64,000 bases of DNA from Fibrobacteria bacterium (GTDB lineage Bacteria; Fibrobacterota; Fibrobacteria; UBA11236). Positions within the stretch are counted from its first letter, which is position 1, and each line of letters opens with the position of its first letter. Made by a program: the position numbers and the translations under genes. The notes under the pieces were generated by a model that was given only the letters and a program-made list of their open reading frames with translations, was not told the origin of the DNA and ran no database searches. Shown here in pieces: positions 1 through 9,780 of this stretch. The stretch is taken from NCBI GenBank assembly GCA_043732185.1, contig JAYTHY010000136.1:32001-96000 (forward strand). The letters run 5' to 3'.

Positions 1-2
1 CA

Positions 3-515
3 AGTGGGCGTGGAGATGTTTTCCGACTAGAGCATTATCACGATTCTGGTAAGTTGCTTTTTGGCCACAATGTATTCTGGACTTATATCGGCTTCAGCCA
101 ATTTTTCCTCATCTACTACGCTAATATTCCCGAAGAAACCGTTTTCTTCTTGCATCGAGCTGCCGGATCCTGGAAAGTGGTCAGTTTGATGCTGCCATGG
201 TTTCATTTTGCAGTTCCTTTTCTGTACCTCATGTCATGGCATGTGAAACGTAATATTACGGCAATTTGCATTGGTGCGATTTGGCTATTGACCATGTGTT
301 ACATCGATATTTATTGGCTGATACAGCCAAATTTCCACCATGAAGGCGCTCATTTTGGAATAAGTGATATTAGCTCGATTTTAATGGTTGGCGGCTTCTT
401 CATTTATTTGATTATTAATCGCTTCAAAACCTACAACTTCATACCTGCTGGGGATCCTCGCCTCAAAGAATGTCTAACCTATGACAATGGGATTATATCG
501 CATGAGCAGCACTGA
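3..515 (+). CDS. actF: Alternative complex III membrane subunit ActF-like, 5'-truncated by the window edge
   Basis: Frame is open from base 3 (SGRGDVFRLEHYHDSGKLLFG...). Motifs EHYHDxGK and FWTYIGFSQFFLIYYANIPEET resemble ActF. Lies upstream of SCO and cox genes. Confidence 0.8.
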   Translation, partial: SGRGDVFRLEHYHDSGKLLFGHNVFWTYIGFSQFFLIYYANIPEETVFFLHRAAGSWKVVSLMLPWFHFAVPFLYLMSWHVKRNITAICIGAIWLLTMCYIDIYWLIQPNFHHEGAHFGISDISSILMVGGFFIYLIINRFKTYNFIPAGDPRLKECLTYDNGIISHEQH

Positions 516-1023
516 TCCTCGACACGCAGACGCAGGAAACCATCATTCTACTTCGAATGAGGAACACGAATTATCGGATTTCGATTGGACAAAAATTATC
601 TGGTCACTGCCGATTTTTGTCGCTATTCTCATTGGCTTCACTTTGCTATGTGTGTACTCGTACCAAGGTTACCGAAATGATGAGTACCGAACCCAACAAG
701 CAAAATTCCAGACAACGGAAATCAATATTTTGCGAGCTGCTGAAAACGAAATACTGTCCCAATCCAAAACGCTAGATAAAGCAGCTGGTCGTTACCAGAT
801 TCCCATTGCTAAGGCCATGGAATTGATTGTCGCCGAGCATCAAAATATCCCCGGCAGCGATTGGAAACCCATTGCGGATGTGTACATGCAAGGTGCACCT
901 TTCGTGCCTGCACCGGAAGCAGCCCCAACAACTGAACCGAATGGTATTTCAATTGAAGAGGCTGCCGTGCCATCGGCTGCAACCAAAAAAGCATTAGTGC
1001 ACACTAAAAAGAAGAAGCGCTGA
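502..1023 (+). CDS. Single-TM protein, ActG-like accessory subunit of alternative complex III
   Basis: One hydrophobic helix, then DKAAGRYQIPIAKAMEL. Sits between actF and SCO. ATG at 502 chosen; 481 is an alternative start. Confidence 0.55.
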   Translation: MSSTDPRHADAGNHHSTSNEEHELSDFDWTKIIWSLPIFVAILIGFTLLCVYSYQGYRNDEYRTQQAKFQTTEINILRAAENEILSQSKTLDKAAGRYQIPIAKAMELIVAEHQNIPGSDWKPIADVYMQGAPFVPAPEAAPTTEPNGISIEEAAVPSAATKKALVHTKKKKR

Positions 1024-1032
1024 TACATCGGT

Positions 1033-1926
1033 ATGCATATTCTTTCTAGTAACCCCTTAACTACCACCCTAAAAACTTTCGCCATACTTTTGGTTTTGGC
1101 TGTGTTTTGCCGGGAAGTGAGTGCCTTTGGTGGGAGTTACAATGGGGGAGCCGGTTCCGTTCCAGCAAAAGATGGGCAGACGCTTCCAGATGCATTAGTT
1201 GATGTGGGCATTGAGGAGCACTTGGGTGAACAAATTCCACTTGATGCCGTATTTTTGGACGATGCAGGTAAGGAAGTACACCTCTCAGATTATTTTCAAT
1301 CGGGCAAACCAGTCCTTCTTAATTTTGCCTACTATCAATGCCCCATGCTCTGCAATATGGTTCTAAATGGAATGCTGGGCGGCATGAAAAAAATGACATG
1401 GGTACCTGGTAAGGAATTCGAGGTCGTCACGATCAGTATTGATCCAAATGAAGGACCTGATTTGGCGGCAGCAAAAAAAGAAACCCATATCAAAGCTTTG
1501 GGAAACCCTAATGCGGCAGTGGGATGGCACTTTTTGACAGGTACGGAAACAAATATTCGCAAGGTTGCCAAAGCTGTCGGTTTCAAATACCAATATATGG
1601 CAGTAAGCAAGGAATTCGCACATTCAGCGGGTATATTCACGATTTCGCCGGCTGGAAAAATTTCCCGTTATCTGTATGGAGTGGAATTTCGATCCAAGGA
1701 TCTAAAACTGGCTTTGTTGGATGCCTCGGAAGGCAAGTCCATTTCTTTCGGCGATAAAATCGTGATGTTCTGCTATCGCTATGACTCCAATGCAAAGGGC
1801 TATGTTCTGTTTGCACGCAACTTTATGAAGGGTGGCGGCATTGTGGTTATATTGGGCCTGGCTTTGCTTTTAGGCGGGCTCTGGCGCAAGGAATTCAATC
1901 GACGCGATCCTGTTCCAAGTCACTAA
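1033..1926 (+). CDS. SCO1/SenC-family copper chaperone
   Basis: CxxxC motif (YYQCPMLC), conserved His (FAHSAG), N-terminal signal and C-terminal TM; directly before coxB. Confidence 0.9.
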   Translation: MHILSSNPLTTTLKTFAILLVLAVFCREVSAFGGSYNGGAGSVPAKDGQTLPDALVDVGIEEHLGEQIPLDAVFLDDAGKEVHLSDYFQSGKPVLLNFAYYQCPMLCNMVLNGMLGGMKKMTWVPGKEFEVVTISIDPNEGPDLAAAKKETHIKALGNPNAAVGWHFLTGTETNIRKVAKAVGFKYQYMAVSKEFAHSAGIFTISPAGKISRYLYGVEFRSKDLKLALLDASEGKSISFGDKIVMFCYRYDSNAKGYVLFARNFMKGGGIVVILGLALLLGGLWRKEFNRRDPVPSH

Positions 1927-1948
1927 ATACCGGATGTAAGAGAAGCAT

Positions 1949-2890
1949 ATGGACAACAGCAAAACTTTCTGGCTCCCTGAAAAGGCCTCTACCTTTGTCG
2001 ATATGGTAGATCCGGCTTTTATGCTCTTTTACTGGATTTCGATCTTTTTCTTTGTGCTCATCTGCGCATTGATCCTCGTTTTTACTTTTAAATACCTTCG
2101 CCGTCGGCCCAATCAGCTTGCTACTGCCCAAATAACGCATAACCTCAAAATCGAACTCGCCTGGACGTTAATTCCCTTATTCATCGTAATGGGCCTTTTC
2201 TTCATTGGCATGAAAGGTTATCTGCACATGCGCATAGCTCCAGCTGGTTTCATGCAGGTTAATGTGCAGGGCCAAAAATGGAGCTGGAGTTTTGAGTATC
2301 CAACCGGGGCAAAAAATGATACGCTGGTCGTACCAGTGGATACTCCCGTAAAACTTGTTATGACTTCCCATGATGTCCTTCACAGCTTTTATGTACCCGC
2401 TTTCCGAATTAAGGCGGACGTCCTACCCAATCGATATACCTCACAATGGTTCCAAGCGACCCGGACAGGTGTATTTCAGGTGGAATGCACTCAGTATTGC
2501 GGTACCAGTCATTCCTACATGTTGACTTCAGTAAAAGTGCTCGAAGCCGATGCCTATCGCGAATGGTTGTTGGCCGCCTCCGATCCTAGCAAAGGCCTAA
2601 CTCCTGAACAGTACGGCGCATTGCTCTATGCGAAACGGGGTTGCAATGCTTGCCATAGCGTGGATGGTACCAGAGGTGTGGGTCCTTCATGGAAAGGCAT
2701 TGCTGGGATTTCGGAAAACTGTGGCCCGGCAGGAATGGTTACTATCGACGATGCCTATCTCCGCGAATCAATGATGGACCCAACGGCCAAAGTGGTCAAT
2801 GGCTTCTTGCCAGTGATGCCCACATTTAAGGGCCAACTAACTGATAGGGAAGTAGAAGCCCTTATTGCGTACATCAAATCCTTAAAGTGA
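1949..2890 (+). CDS. coxB: Cytochrome c oxidase subunit II with fused C-terminal cytochrome c (caa3 type)
   Basis: Two TMs, DVLHSF, CuA motif CTQYCGTSHSYM, heme-binding CNACH. Confidence 0.95.
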   Translation: MDNSKTFWLPEKASTFVDMVDPAFMLFYWISIFFFVLICALILVFTFKYLRRRPNQLATAQITHNLKIELAWTLIPLFIVMGLFFIGMKGYLHMRIAPAGFMQVNVQGQKWSWSFEYPTGAKNDTLVVPVDTPVKLVMTSHDVLHSFYVPAFRIKADVLPNRYTSQWFQATRTGVFQVECTQYCGTSHSYMLTSVKVLEADAYREWLLAASDPSKGLTPEQYGALLYAKRGCNACHSVDGTRGVGPSWKGIAGISENCGPAGMVTIDDAYLRESMMDPTAKVVNGFLPVMPTFKGQLTDREVEALIAYIKSLK

Positions 2891-2928
2891 GAAACAAGTA
2901 AAAAGGTTTAAAACCCGGACGGATTCAC

Positions 2929-4533
2929 ATGACTGCCCACGCACATCCTGAAAATATCAACTATCTGAAAGCGAGCCGGGGCATCATGTCCTGGTTGGTG
3001 ACTGTAGATCACAAGCGCATCGGCATGATGTACTTAGCCTCCATATTATGCTTTTTTATCGCCGGTGGTACGTTCGCCTTTCTTTTCCGGTTAGAACTGT
3101 GGAGTCCGTTAAAGGAATTCCTCACGCCGGATCAATACAATCAATTTTTCACTCTGCACGGCGTCATTATGGTCTTTTTAGTAGTGGTACCCGGAATTCC
3201 CGGTGCCTTGGGAAACTTTATTCTCCCCCTCCAAATTGGCGCCAAGGATTTGGCTTTTCCTAAACTCAATTTGACCAGCCTCTACCTTTATTGGATTGGT
3301 GCTGCACTGGCATTATGGAGCATTGTGGCCGGTCACGCGGATTCAGGATGGACCATGTATGCGCCATACTCCCTTTCCCAGAATCCCGCTGTTTTATGGA
3401 TGTTAGTCGCAGCATTTATATTGGGCTTCTCATCCATTTTAACCGGATTGAATTTCTTGGTGACGATGCATAATATGCGGGCTCCTGGTATGACCTGGTA
3501 CCGCATGCCTTTATTTCTCTGGGCGATGTATGCCACCGCGATCATGCAAATTTTCGCGACTCCGGTCCTTGCTTTAACATTAATGCTATTGCTAATGGAA
3601 AATTTCTTCCATATTGGAATTTTTGATCCAGCCTTGGGCGGGGATCCCTTGCTCATGCAGCATTTCTTCTGGTTTTACTCCCATCCTGCTGTGTACATAA
3701 TTATTGTCCCAGGATTTGGAATCACATCGGAACTCATTACTTGTTTCGCCAAAAAAGATATTTTCGGATACAAATTTGTGGCCTACTCCTCCATTGCTAT
3801 TGCCATCATCGGCTTTATAGTCTGGGGACATCATATGTTTGTGTCCGGTCAGTCTGAATTGGCTGATTTTATATTTTCCTTCTTAACCTTCTTTACGGCA
3901 GTACCATCGGCCATTAAAGTCTTTAACTGGACAGCGACCCTTTATAAGGGCTCAATTGATTTAAAGACACCGATGCTCTATGCCTTACAGTTTCTGTTCA
4001 ACTTCACTATTGGGGGATTGACTGGAATCATTCTGGGTATTCTTTCCGTGGACATTCACCTCCACGACACTTACTTTATCGTTTCACACTTCCATTATGT
4101 TGCGATGGGCAGCACCATGATTGCCTTTATCGGTGGCATTCATTATTGGTGGCCAAAAATGACCGGTAAAATGTACAACGAATTCTGGGGGCGTTTTGGT
4201 GCCATCTTGGTCTTCATCGGCTTCAATGTGACTTTTTTTGTGCAACTGATTATGGGTTCACAGGGAAGTCCACGACGTTACTACCATTACCTGGATCAAT
4301 TTCAGATTTATCACCAGATTTCCACCGTTGGGGTCGTCATTCTGGCTACTGGACTGTTCATGGCCCTCATCAATCTACTGGTATCGTTAAAGACCGGAGT
4401 AGCTGCTGGAAAAAATCCTTGGGGAGCCAAGACCCTGGAATGGCAGGCCGATTCTCCTCCGGTACTGTATAACTTTACTGAAATACCCGTTGTCACTGAA
4501 GGTCCCTATGCCTTTGAGACGGAGAAAGCATAA
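2929..4533 (+). CDS. coxA: Cytochrome c oxidase subunit I, A2 subtype
   Basis: [20 protein letters not shown] (YS motif of type A2), [19 protein letters not shown]. Confidence 0.97.
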   Translation: MTAHAHPENINYLKASRGIMSWLVTVDHKRIGMMYLASILCFFIAGGTFAFLFRLELWSPLKEFLTPDQYNQFFTLHGVIMVFLVVVPGIPGALGNFILPLQIGAKDLAFPKLNLTSLYLYWIGAALALWSIVAGHADSGWTMYAPYSLSQNPAVLWMLVAAFILGFSSILTGLNFLVTMHNMRAPGMTWYRMPLFLWAMYATAIMQIFATPVLALTLMLLLMENFFHIGIFDPALGGDPLLMQHFFWFYSHPAVYIIIVPGFGITSELITCFAKKDIFGYKFVAYSSIAIAIIGFIVWGHHMFVSGQSELADFIFSFLTFFTAVPSAIKVFNWTATLYKGSIDLKTPMLYALQFLFNFTIGGLTGIILGILSVDIHLHDTYFIVSHFHYVAMGSTMIAFIGGIHYWWPKMTGKMYNEFWGRFGAILVFIGFNVTFFVQLIMGSQGSPRRYYHYLDQFQIYHQISTVGVVILATGLFMALINLLVSLKTGVAAGKNPWGAKTLEWQADSPPVLYNFTEIPVVTEGPYAFETEKA

Positions 4534-5186
4534 TGGCCACCGCACATACCGGATTAAAAGATCACGAAGTCGCCCATCATTTTGATTCGCTAGAACAGGA
4601 ATTTGAATCTGCCAAGACGGGAATGTGGCTGTTTCTGGCTTCTGAAATCATGATGTTTGGAGCACTTTTTGTTGGGGCATTAGTGTTCCATACCTTGCAT
4701 CCCGCGGCATTCGCCGAAGGCTCACAGCACCTAAATTGGCATATGGGTGCAGTGAACACTTTTTTCCTTTTGACCAGTGGTCTAACCATGGGACTTGCAG
4801 TAATTGCGGCACAGCGCTCCGATCAAAATGCCGTACGCTTAAACTTGGTGTTAAGTATACTCTTCGCATCTGGATTCTTAGTTGTAAAGTTTTTTGAATA
4901 TAAGGCCAAATTTCATCATGGCACTCTACCTGGCAAGCTATTTCACGGAGAAGGGTTCCACGATCCATTCGTCCACATTTTCTACAGCTTTTATTTTGTA
5001 ATGACTGGCCTTCACGGTCTCCATGTCCTCATTGGAATGGGTTTAATGACATGGTGTTTGATTCGTTCCGGCCAAACGCGATTTACTCGAAGCTACTTTA
5101 CCCCAATCGAAAACGTGGCCATGTACTGGGCGCTTGTTGATTTTGTTTGGGTCTTTTTGTTTCCTCTCCTCTATCTCATTGGATGA
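4533..5186 (+). CDS. coxC: Cytochrome c oxidase subunit III
   Basis: GMWLFLASEIMMFG, TGLHGLHV, YWALVD; TAATG overlap with coxA. Confidence 0.93.
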   Translation: MATAHTGLKDHEVAHHFDSLEQEFESAKTGMWLFLASEIMMFGALFVGALVFHTLHPAAFAEGSQHLNWHMGAVNTFFLLTSGLTMGLAVIAAQRSDQNAVRLNLVLSILFASGFLVVKFFEYKAKFHHGTLPGKLFHGEGFHDPFVHIFYSFYFVMTGLHGLHVLIGMGLMTWCLIRSGQTRFTRSYFTPIENVAMYWALVDFVWVFLFPLLYLIG

Positions 5187-5599
5187 ATACCATGGAACAA
5201 CCCGGTCATGCCATTCCAAAATCTACCATTGTGGGCACCTATATTGGTTTATTGGTGCTGGCGGCTTTGATGCTCGCCATTTCGCGTATTCCAGTTGAGC
5301 GTCTTTCCATTGACTGGATCAATCTGCATGCCGTAAAAACCTGCGTGGTTTTGCTTATAGCCTTTACGATGGCGTCGATTATCGCCTTGTATTTAATGGG
5401 TTTGCGTTACGACCATAAATTTCTGAATATTACCATCTTCCTATCCAATTTTGCCTTCCTGCTCATTTTCGTACTTTTTACCTGGGCGGATACTTCCTTC
5501 CGTGAAAAAGTGGATCCCGTATTCGGAAAAAGTGTTGAATTTGAATCGCCTGTAAAGGTTGATTCCGCCGGTGAAGAAAGTCACGCACCTGCCCCTTAA
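5183..5599 (+). CDS. Probable cytochrome c oxidase subunit IV-like membrane protein
   Basis: Three hydrophobic segments, YLMGLRYD motif, ATGA overlap with the coxC stop. Confidence 0.65.
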   Translation: MNTMEQPGHAIPKSTIVGTYIGLLVLAALMLAISRIPVERLSIDWINLHAVKTCVVLLIAFTMASIIALYLMGLRYDHKFLNITIFLSNFAFLLIFVLFTWADTSFREKVDPVFGKSVEFESPVKVDSAGEESHAPAP

Positions 5600-6269
5600 A
5601 ACTGAAGTTGTTGCCGGATCAGACCCTACTTTTTTTAAGGGTTCCTTCTTGGTTTTCCTGCTATTTCTTCCAGCCTTTTTGCTGATTATTCTTGCCATTT
5701 TGTTAGCCATGCAATACAAGCAATTGCGGGCATTTGTTTCTCCTCAGGCCATTGAACTATTAACCGTACCCGTTTCGCCGGAAGCCCAAGTAGCAGTGGT
5801 GGCCAAGCTGCACACCTTTTTTACAAATGCGCGTTCCGATAGTTTATCAGACACATTGGCCCTGTCCATAGTCGAGGTAAACCATCTCGTTCGGTCCAGT
5901 TCGTCCTTGGAAGCATTACACCTTGATTACCATATGGATATTCAGGACACCCTGCTGATAGCCCATAACAGTTTGCCGGTGGACCGATTAAATGGCGTTC
6001 TATCCCTCCTTGCTAAAACCTTACGTGTGAAGGGCTTCCTCAATTCGGAAATGCGTGGCTATATCACTGTTTCAAAATCCGGGGTAAATATTATACCCGT
6101 TTCAGCAACCATGAATGGAGTAGCCGCGCCGATTTCCGTCTTGAATCGCAAAGGCGGAATTGATCCTTCCGAATGGGTCGCGGATCGAGACTTTTACAAC
6201 CGTTGCTTGGCCCGCTTGTCCGGTATTGAGATTCGAAATGGCTCTCTGCTTTTTATTAAACGGCCTTGA
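5559..6269 (+). CDS. Hypothetical protein with N-terminal membrane anchor
   Basis: 236-aa ORF with one strong TM near the N-terminus; start uncertain. Confidence 0.65.
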   Translation: MIPPVKKVTHLPLKTEVVAGSDPTFFKGSFLVFLLFLPAFLLIILAILLAMQYKQLRAFVSPQAIELLTVPVSPEAQVAVVAKLHTFFTNARSDSLSDTLALSIVEVNHLVRSSSSLEALHLDYHMDIQDTLLIAHNSLPVDRLNGVLSLLAKTLRVKGFLNSEMRGYITVSKSGVNIIPVSATMNGVAAPISVLNRKGGIDPSEWVADRDFYNRCLARLSGIEIRNGSLLFIKRP

Positions 6270-6769
6270 GCCTGCATGTCCCGCTTAAACCGAGTGAGCC
6301 TGCGCGTAATGGCAACCCTGGATACGCCCATATGTACGGCAATTTCTCGGTGATTGAGTCCTTGTTCCAGGCTCAAGTGTAAAATCTCTTTCAGCTTCCC
6401 GCGTACTTTTGGGAGGGCTTTTTCCAAGCGCATGCGGTGCAAAACATGGTCTTCCTCCGGCTCCCGGAAGTTGCCTATCGTATCTTCATAACCCATTTGA
6501 CTTCGCTTGTCCATTTGGTCGCGATGCTTTTTAATTCTACTGAAACAGTCGTATTTGGCGATGGTGCCAATCCAGGTGAGGGGATCGCATTTCCATTCAA
6601 AATCGTTCCACGCACGAAAGGCTTTAATAAAGACATCATGTGAGGCATCTCTGGCTTCTTCCCTGTCTTTCAAAAAATATTGGCAGATACCCAAAACCTT
6701 TTGATGGTACCTGCTATAAAGTAATCCTTGCCAATCCGCACTATTTTTCAATTCTTCATTAGCCGTCAT
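6194..6769 (-). CDS. ECF-type sigma-70 factor
   Basis: Region 2 (EARDASHDVFIKAF, TWIGTIAK) and region 4 HTH (GLNHREIAVHMGVSRVAITRRL). Confidence 0.88.
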   Translation of the reverse strand: MTANEELKNSADWQGLLYSRYHQKVLGICQYFLKDREEARDASHDVFIKAFRAWNDFEWKCDPLTWIGTIAKYDCFSRIKKHRDQMDKRSQMGYEDTIGNFREPEEDHVLHRMRLEKALPKVRGKLKEILHLSLEQGLNHREIAVHMGVSRVAITRRLTRFKRDMQAQGRLIKSREPFRISIPDKRAKQRL

Positions 6770-6873
6770 TGCTTTTTTTTCCTTTAGGATCCAGGTTTGG
6801 AAAAGGGATCCAGAAGCTTAGACGGAAAAAATATTTAGGAATGTAGTCAGGCTTTTAGGCGTGCCTATGTAAA

Positions 6874-6893
6874 GCGCTCCATTTTGTGAGCGC
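6874..6893 (-). terminator. Possible weak intrinsic terminator or stem-loop
   Basis: GCGCTC-N8-GAGCGC hairpin followed by only three T on the minus strand, 30 bp downstream of the 6924 ORF. Confidence 0.3.
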
Positions 6894-6923
6894 GAAGGTT
6901 AGGTGATGGAAAAGAAGGAAACT

Positions 6924-7937
6924 TTATCTCGTTGCAGGAACTTGGTCGAGAAGGTCCTGGTTTCCATCAGGCCAGCACAATCCGGAAGCGGGTCGGCACG
7001 GGAAATGGAAATGCAAGAGAACGGGTCCATCAGGGGGCGGAGTGCTCCGATTATTTTTAGAGGTCGCCACAGTGACTTCTGCAAGCACGGTAACGGCTGG
7101 AACTAAATATTCGCCGTCCCGTGAATTGGCTGAACCCAATTTTTCTTTGGTTACGACGTAGCTTTCAAAGATGCGCACGGGCTTGATGAAGCGAATGGCG
7201 AGATTATCTGGATGGAAAGGATAGGTATAGGTTCGAGTGTGGGTTCGCGATTTCTCCCATTTTTTAAGGCTATCCGCCACCATTTCTTTGGACGGGATTT
7301 GCTGTGAACCTGTTTCAACCAACTCTGGATCCCGGAAAGAAAAGGACTGAAGTGCGCCACCAGCACCGTAGGCCACACGAATTTGCATCGCATCCCCGAG
7401 TACAATGCGGCCATCTACTTTTTTTAGATAGCGACCTATGTAGTAGGCCGGTACAGCCGGACCAACGCTATCTTTGTGTTCCGGATCTCGCTTTTGGACC
7501 ATGGTTATTTCATAATTGGCAAAAACCAGGTTTTCAATTTTTTCTCTCAGGACGGATTTTACAAGCATATCCGATTTAAGGTGGATTGACGAATCCGGAA
7601 CAACATCTTTTTGGGTGAGTGCCGGAACCATTTCATTGGTAAAGGCGAACTCGGATGTCGCAGGTTCATATGCCAAGCGTGCACCAACCCTGTCATGCCA
7701 ACTGGTATTGACCCCGGATATTTGGGGCTTACCCATTGGCCGAAGTTTAAAGGTTGCCAATAGTGATTTGATATTTTCTGGATTTAAGGGACGCGGCGCA
7801 ATTTGGTAATATTTTGCGGTCACATATTCACCGGGTTGGGATTGCACTACCGGGGCAGTAGGTGCCGCATTCGAAAGGGCCACAAAAAGGCCGGCCAATG
7901 TCCATATCGAAATTTGCTTTTCCACTTTTCGCTCCAT
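6924..7937 (-). CDS. Secreted hypothetical protein with propeptide (FTP/PepSY/YcdB)-like segment
   Basis: Signal peptide ending ...VALSNA; segment YLKKVDGRIVLGDAMQIRVAYGAGG...IPSKEMV. Confidence 0.7.
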   Translation of the reverse strand: MERKVEKQISIWTLAGLFVALSNAAPTAPVVQSQPGEYVTAKYYQIAPRPLNPENIKSLLATFKLRPMGKPQISGVNTSWHDRVGARLAYEPATSEFAFTNEMVPALTQKDVVPDSSIHLKSDMLVKSVLREKIENLVFANYEITMVQKRDPEHKDSVGPAVPAYYIGRYLKKVDGRIVLGDAMQIRVAYGAGGALQSFSFRDPELVETGSQQIPSKEMVADSLKKWEKSRTHTRTYTYPFHPDNLAIRFIKPVRIFESYVVTKEKLGSANSRDGEYLVPAVTVLAEVTVATSKNNRSTPPPDGPVLLHFHFPCRPASGLCWPDGNQDLLDQVPATR

Positions 7938-7983
7938 AAATGAATGAGGGGACGTTTATTCTAGAATGCGAATCATTCTGACC

Positions 7984-8817
7984 TTAGTACTGCGGTGTTC
8001 CAATAATCCGGGAGTAATAATTTCCGCTATTGGCGATTGCCAAAGCGTAATCGTGGTTCACGTTCCGGAAGGTGGTGCTGCAATGGTCCGGGCTTCCCGC
8101 AAATACTTGTGCGGATAGGCAACCGGGTTCCAAACCTCTTGTGGGGTACAGATGCTTGTATCCATAGTTGGCCTCGGCATCGAAAAAGGCGTTGTAGAGA
8201 TTTTTTTCGCGAAATGTCCAGTTGAGCCAAAAATCATTGAACAAATCCCAGCTTAGATTATTGTCGTAGATCAGAGACTTAAAACTGAGCATGGCTTTTA
8301 GGCCACGAAAGGAAGTTTGCCAGGCATCGGCAGGGGGTGTGGCCGTTTTGAAAATGGAACAGCCGTGGGCCATAAACCAACGGGTGTATCCGGTTCCAAG
8401 CGATAAATTATTGGGTCCCACTGCACCATAGTTGACACCTGCTCCAAGGTAGAGATTGCCGCTGATTCCGTGACCACCATAATACACGAAATCGCAATAT
8501 TCACGGTTGCCTTGGGTATTGCTTCCAGAAGTTATTGCGGCTTTGGTGACGTACGTATTCCGTTTGTCCAACGCAAATGTTGGTCCAGTGGTGCCCAAGC
8601 CTGGGGAGGCGTTCAGGCTGGAGAAGGGTGGTACATTGACATTGGCGCCAGCAAAAAAGTTTTGGCCCATAGCAATTTGATAGCTGAGATTGGGGAGACC
8701 ACCGCCATTGCCTCCATAGTCGTCAATTGTATAGGTGCCAATATCCAAGCTGGGTGGAAAGGCCGATACCAATACCGTTAACGCACCAATGGCAATCAAA
8801 CCTTTGGAAATATTCAT
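7984..8817 (-). CDS. Secreted DUF6345-like protein, caspase/gingipain (clan CD)-like fold
   Basis: Signal peptide; DFVYYGGHG (His) and RWFMAHGCS (Cys); WQTSFRGLKAMLSF. Confidence 0.72.
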   Translation of the reverse strand: MNISKGLIAIGALTVLVSAFPPSLDIGTYTIDDYGGNGGGLPNLSYQIAMGQNFFAGANVNVPPFSSLNASPGLGTTGPTFALDKRNTYVTKAAITSGSNTQGNREYCDFVYYGGHGISGNLYLGAGVNYGAVGPNNLSLGTGYTRWFMAHGCSIFKTATPPADAWQTSFRGLKAMLSFKSLIYDNNLSWDLFNDFWLNWTFREKNLYNAFFDAEANYGYKHLYPTRGLEPGCLSAQVFAGSPDHCSTTFRNVNHDYALAIANSGNYYSRIIGTPQY

Positions 8818-8859
8818 CGTCGCATCCTCTCTTCATTTTTATTCTCAACCAACAGGCTT

Positions 8860-9765
8860 CTAAAGTCCATGGGTTCGGAGTGTAAGGGTGTTGTTGGTGT
8901 GCATGGACAGAATCTTTTTGCCAATTTCGAACTCTTTTGGTTGCATCTGGTCTAGTTCTACTACTTCATATATTTCCACTTCACTGCCATGCTGCCCGGT
9001 TGAATTGGGGCTTAGCCTTAACAATCGTAGGGGATAATGGCCTTCCGGTAAGGGTCCAAGCCGAAGGGAATCCAGTTTTACCGGCCAATAAAAGGGCGAG
9101 CCAGGAATATAGAAACTGAGAACAGAATTATTTAGAGTTGTAGACTGCGTCACGATATTTGTCGCATTACACTTTCCCTGGAAATAGCGTTCTGTTCGAT
9201 CCAAAAAGTTCGAATTTTCCGGAGTTAAAGAAGTTGCAGGATCAATAAGCTGGCCGCTAGATGTCGAGTATTTGAATCCCATTAAAAACGATTTACCCCA
9301 GCGAGTAGACACAATCAGTATGTTGAAATCTAAAGTGTCACGGCCCTGTGTAAGCAGGGGAGACAGGCTGGCGGAGGAAAGCGTCACCGTATCCAGCTCC
9401 TGAAAAGCAATCGTTACCTGTGGTACGGAATCCAAGGAGGGAATGGCACTGCTTTTAAAAATCGTCAGGGAGCCGTTGATTTTAAAGCCCACTGCCTGAA
9501 AGGTGGAGTCCAAGAAGGAGAATAAAAATTTTAAATCTTTGCCAGATTTCCATTTAACCTGTATGGTGGTGTCGCCAACCAAATCAGGAGGCCAGGTTGT
9601 TCGCGACGATGCACCGGCCAGCAAATCTTGATCTTCAACTTTTGAATCTGTTTTTGAATCGGAACCAGGTAGACTTGTGTCCGGAGCCATACAGCCAAGG
9701 ACAAACAGGCCGAATACCCAAGTGGAGACATACTTTTTTCCAGATTTCCAGCGGATTGTTTTCAA
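8860..9765 (-). CDS. Hypothetical lipoprotein
   Basis: TTG start after a GAGG RBS; basic N-terminus, hydrophobic stretch, lipobox VLG-C. Confidence 0.75.
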   Translation of the reverse strand: MKTIRWKSGKKYVSTWVFGLFVLGCMAPDTSLPGSDSKTDSKVEDQDLLAGASSRTTWPPDLVGDTTIQVKWKSGKDLKFLFSFLDSTFQAVGFKINGSLTIFKSSAIPSLDSVPQVTIAFQELDTVTLSSASLSPLLTQGRDTLDFNILIVSTRWGKSFLMGFKYSTSSGQLIDPATSLTPENSNFLDRTERYFQGKCNATNIVTQSTTLNNSVLSFYIPGSPFYWPVKLDSLRLGPLPEGHYPLRLLRLSPNSTGQHGSEVEIYEVVELDQMQPKEFEIGKKILSMHTNNTLTLRTHGL

Positions 9766-9780
9766 GGTTGCTTTCCTCGT

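Noticed and set aside
2914..2923. CCGGACGG before coxA and before the first TIGR02147 gene, matching the topB repeat core
   Set aside because: Only 8 bp and located at RBS distance; explained by SD-like sequence or chance.
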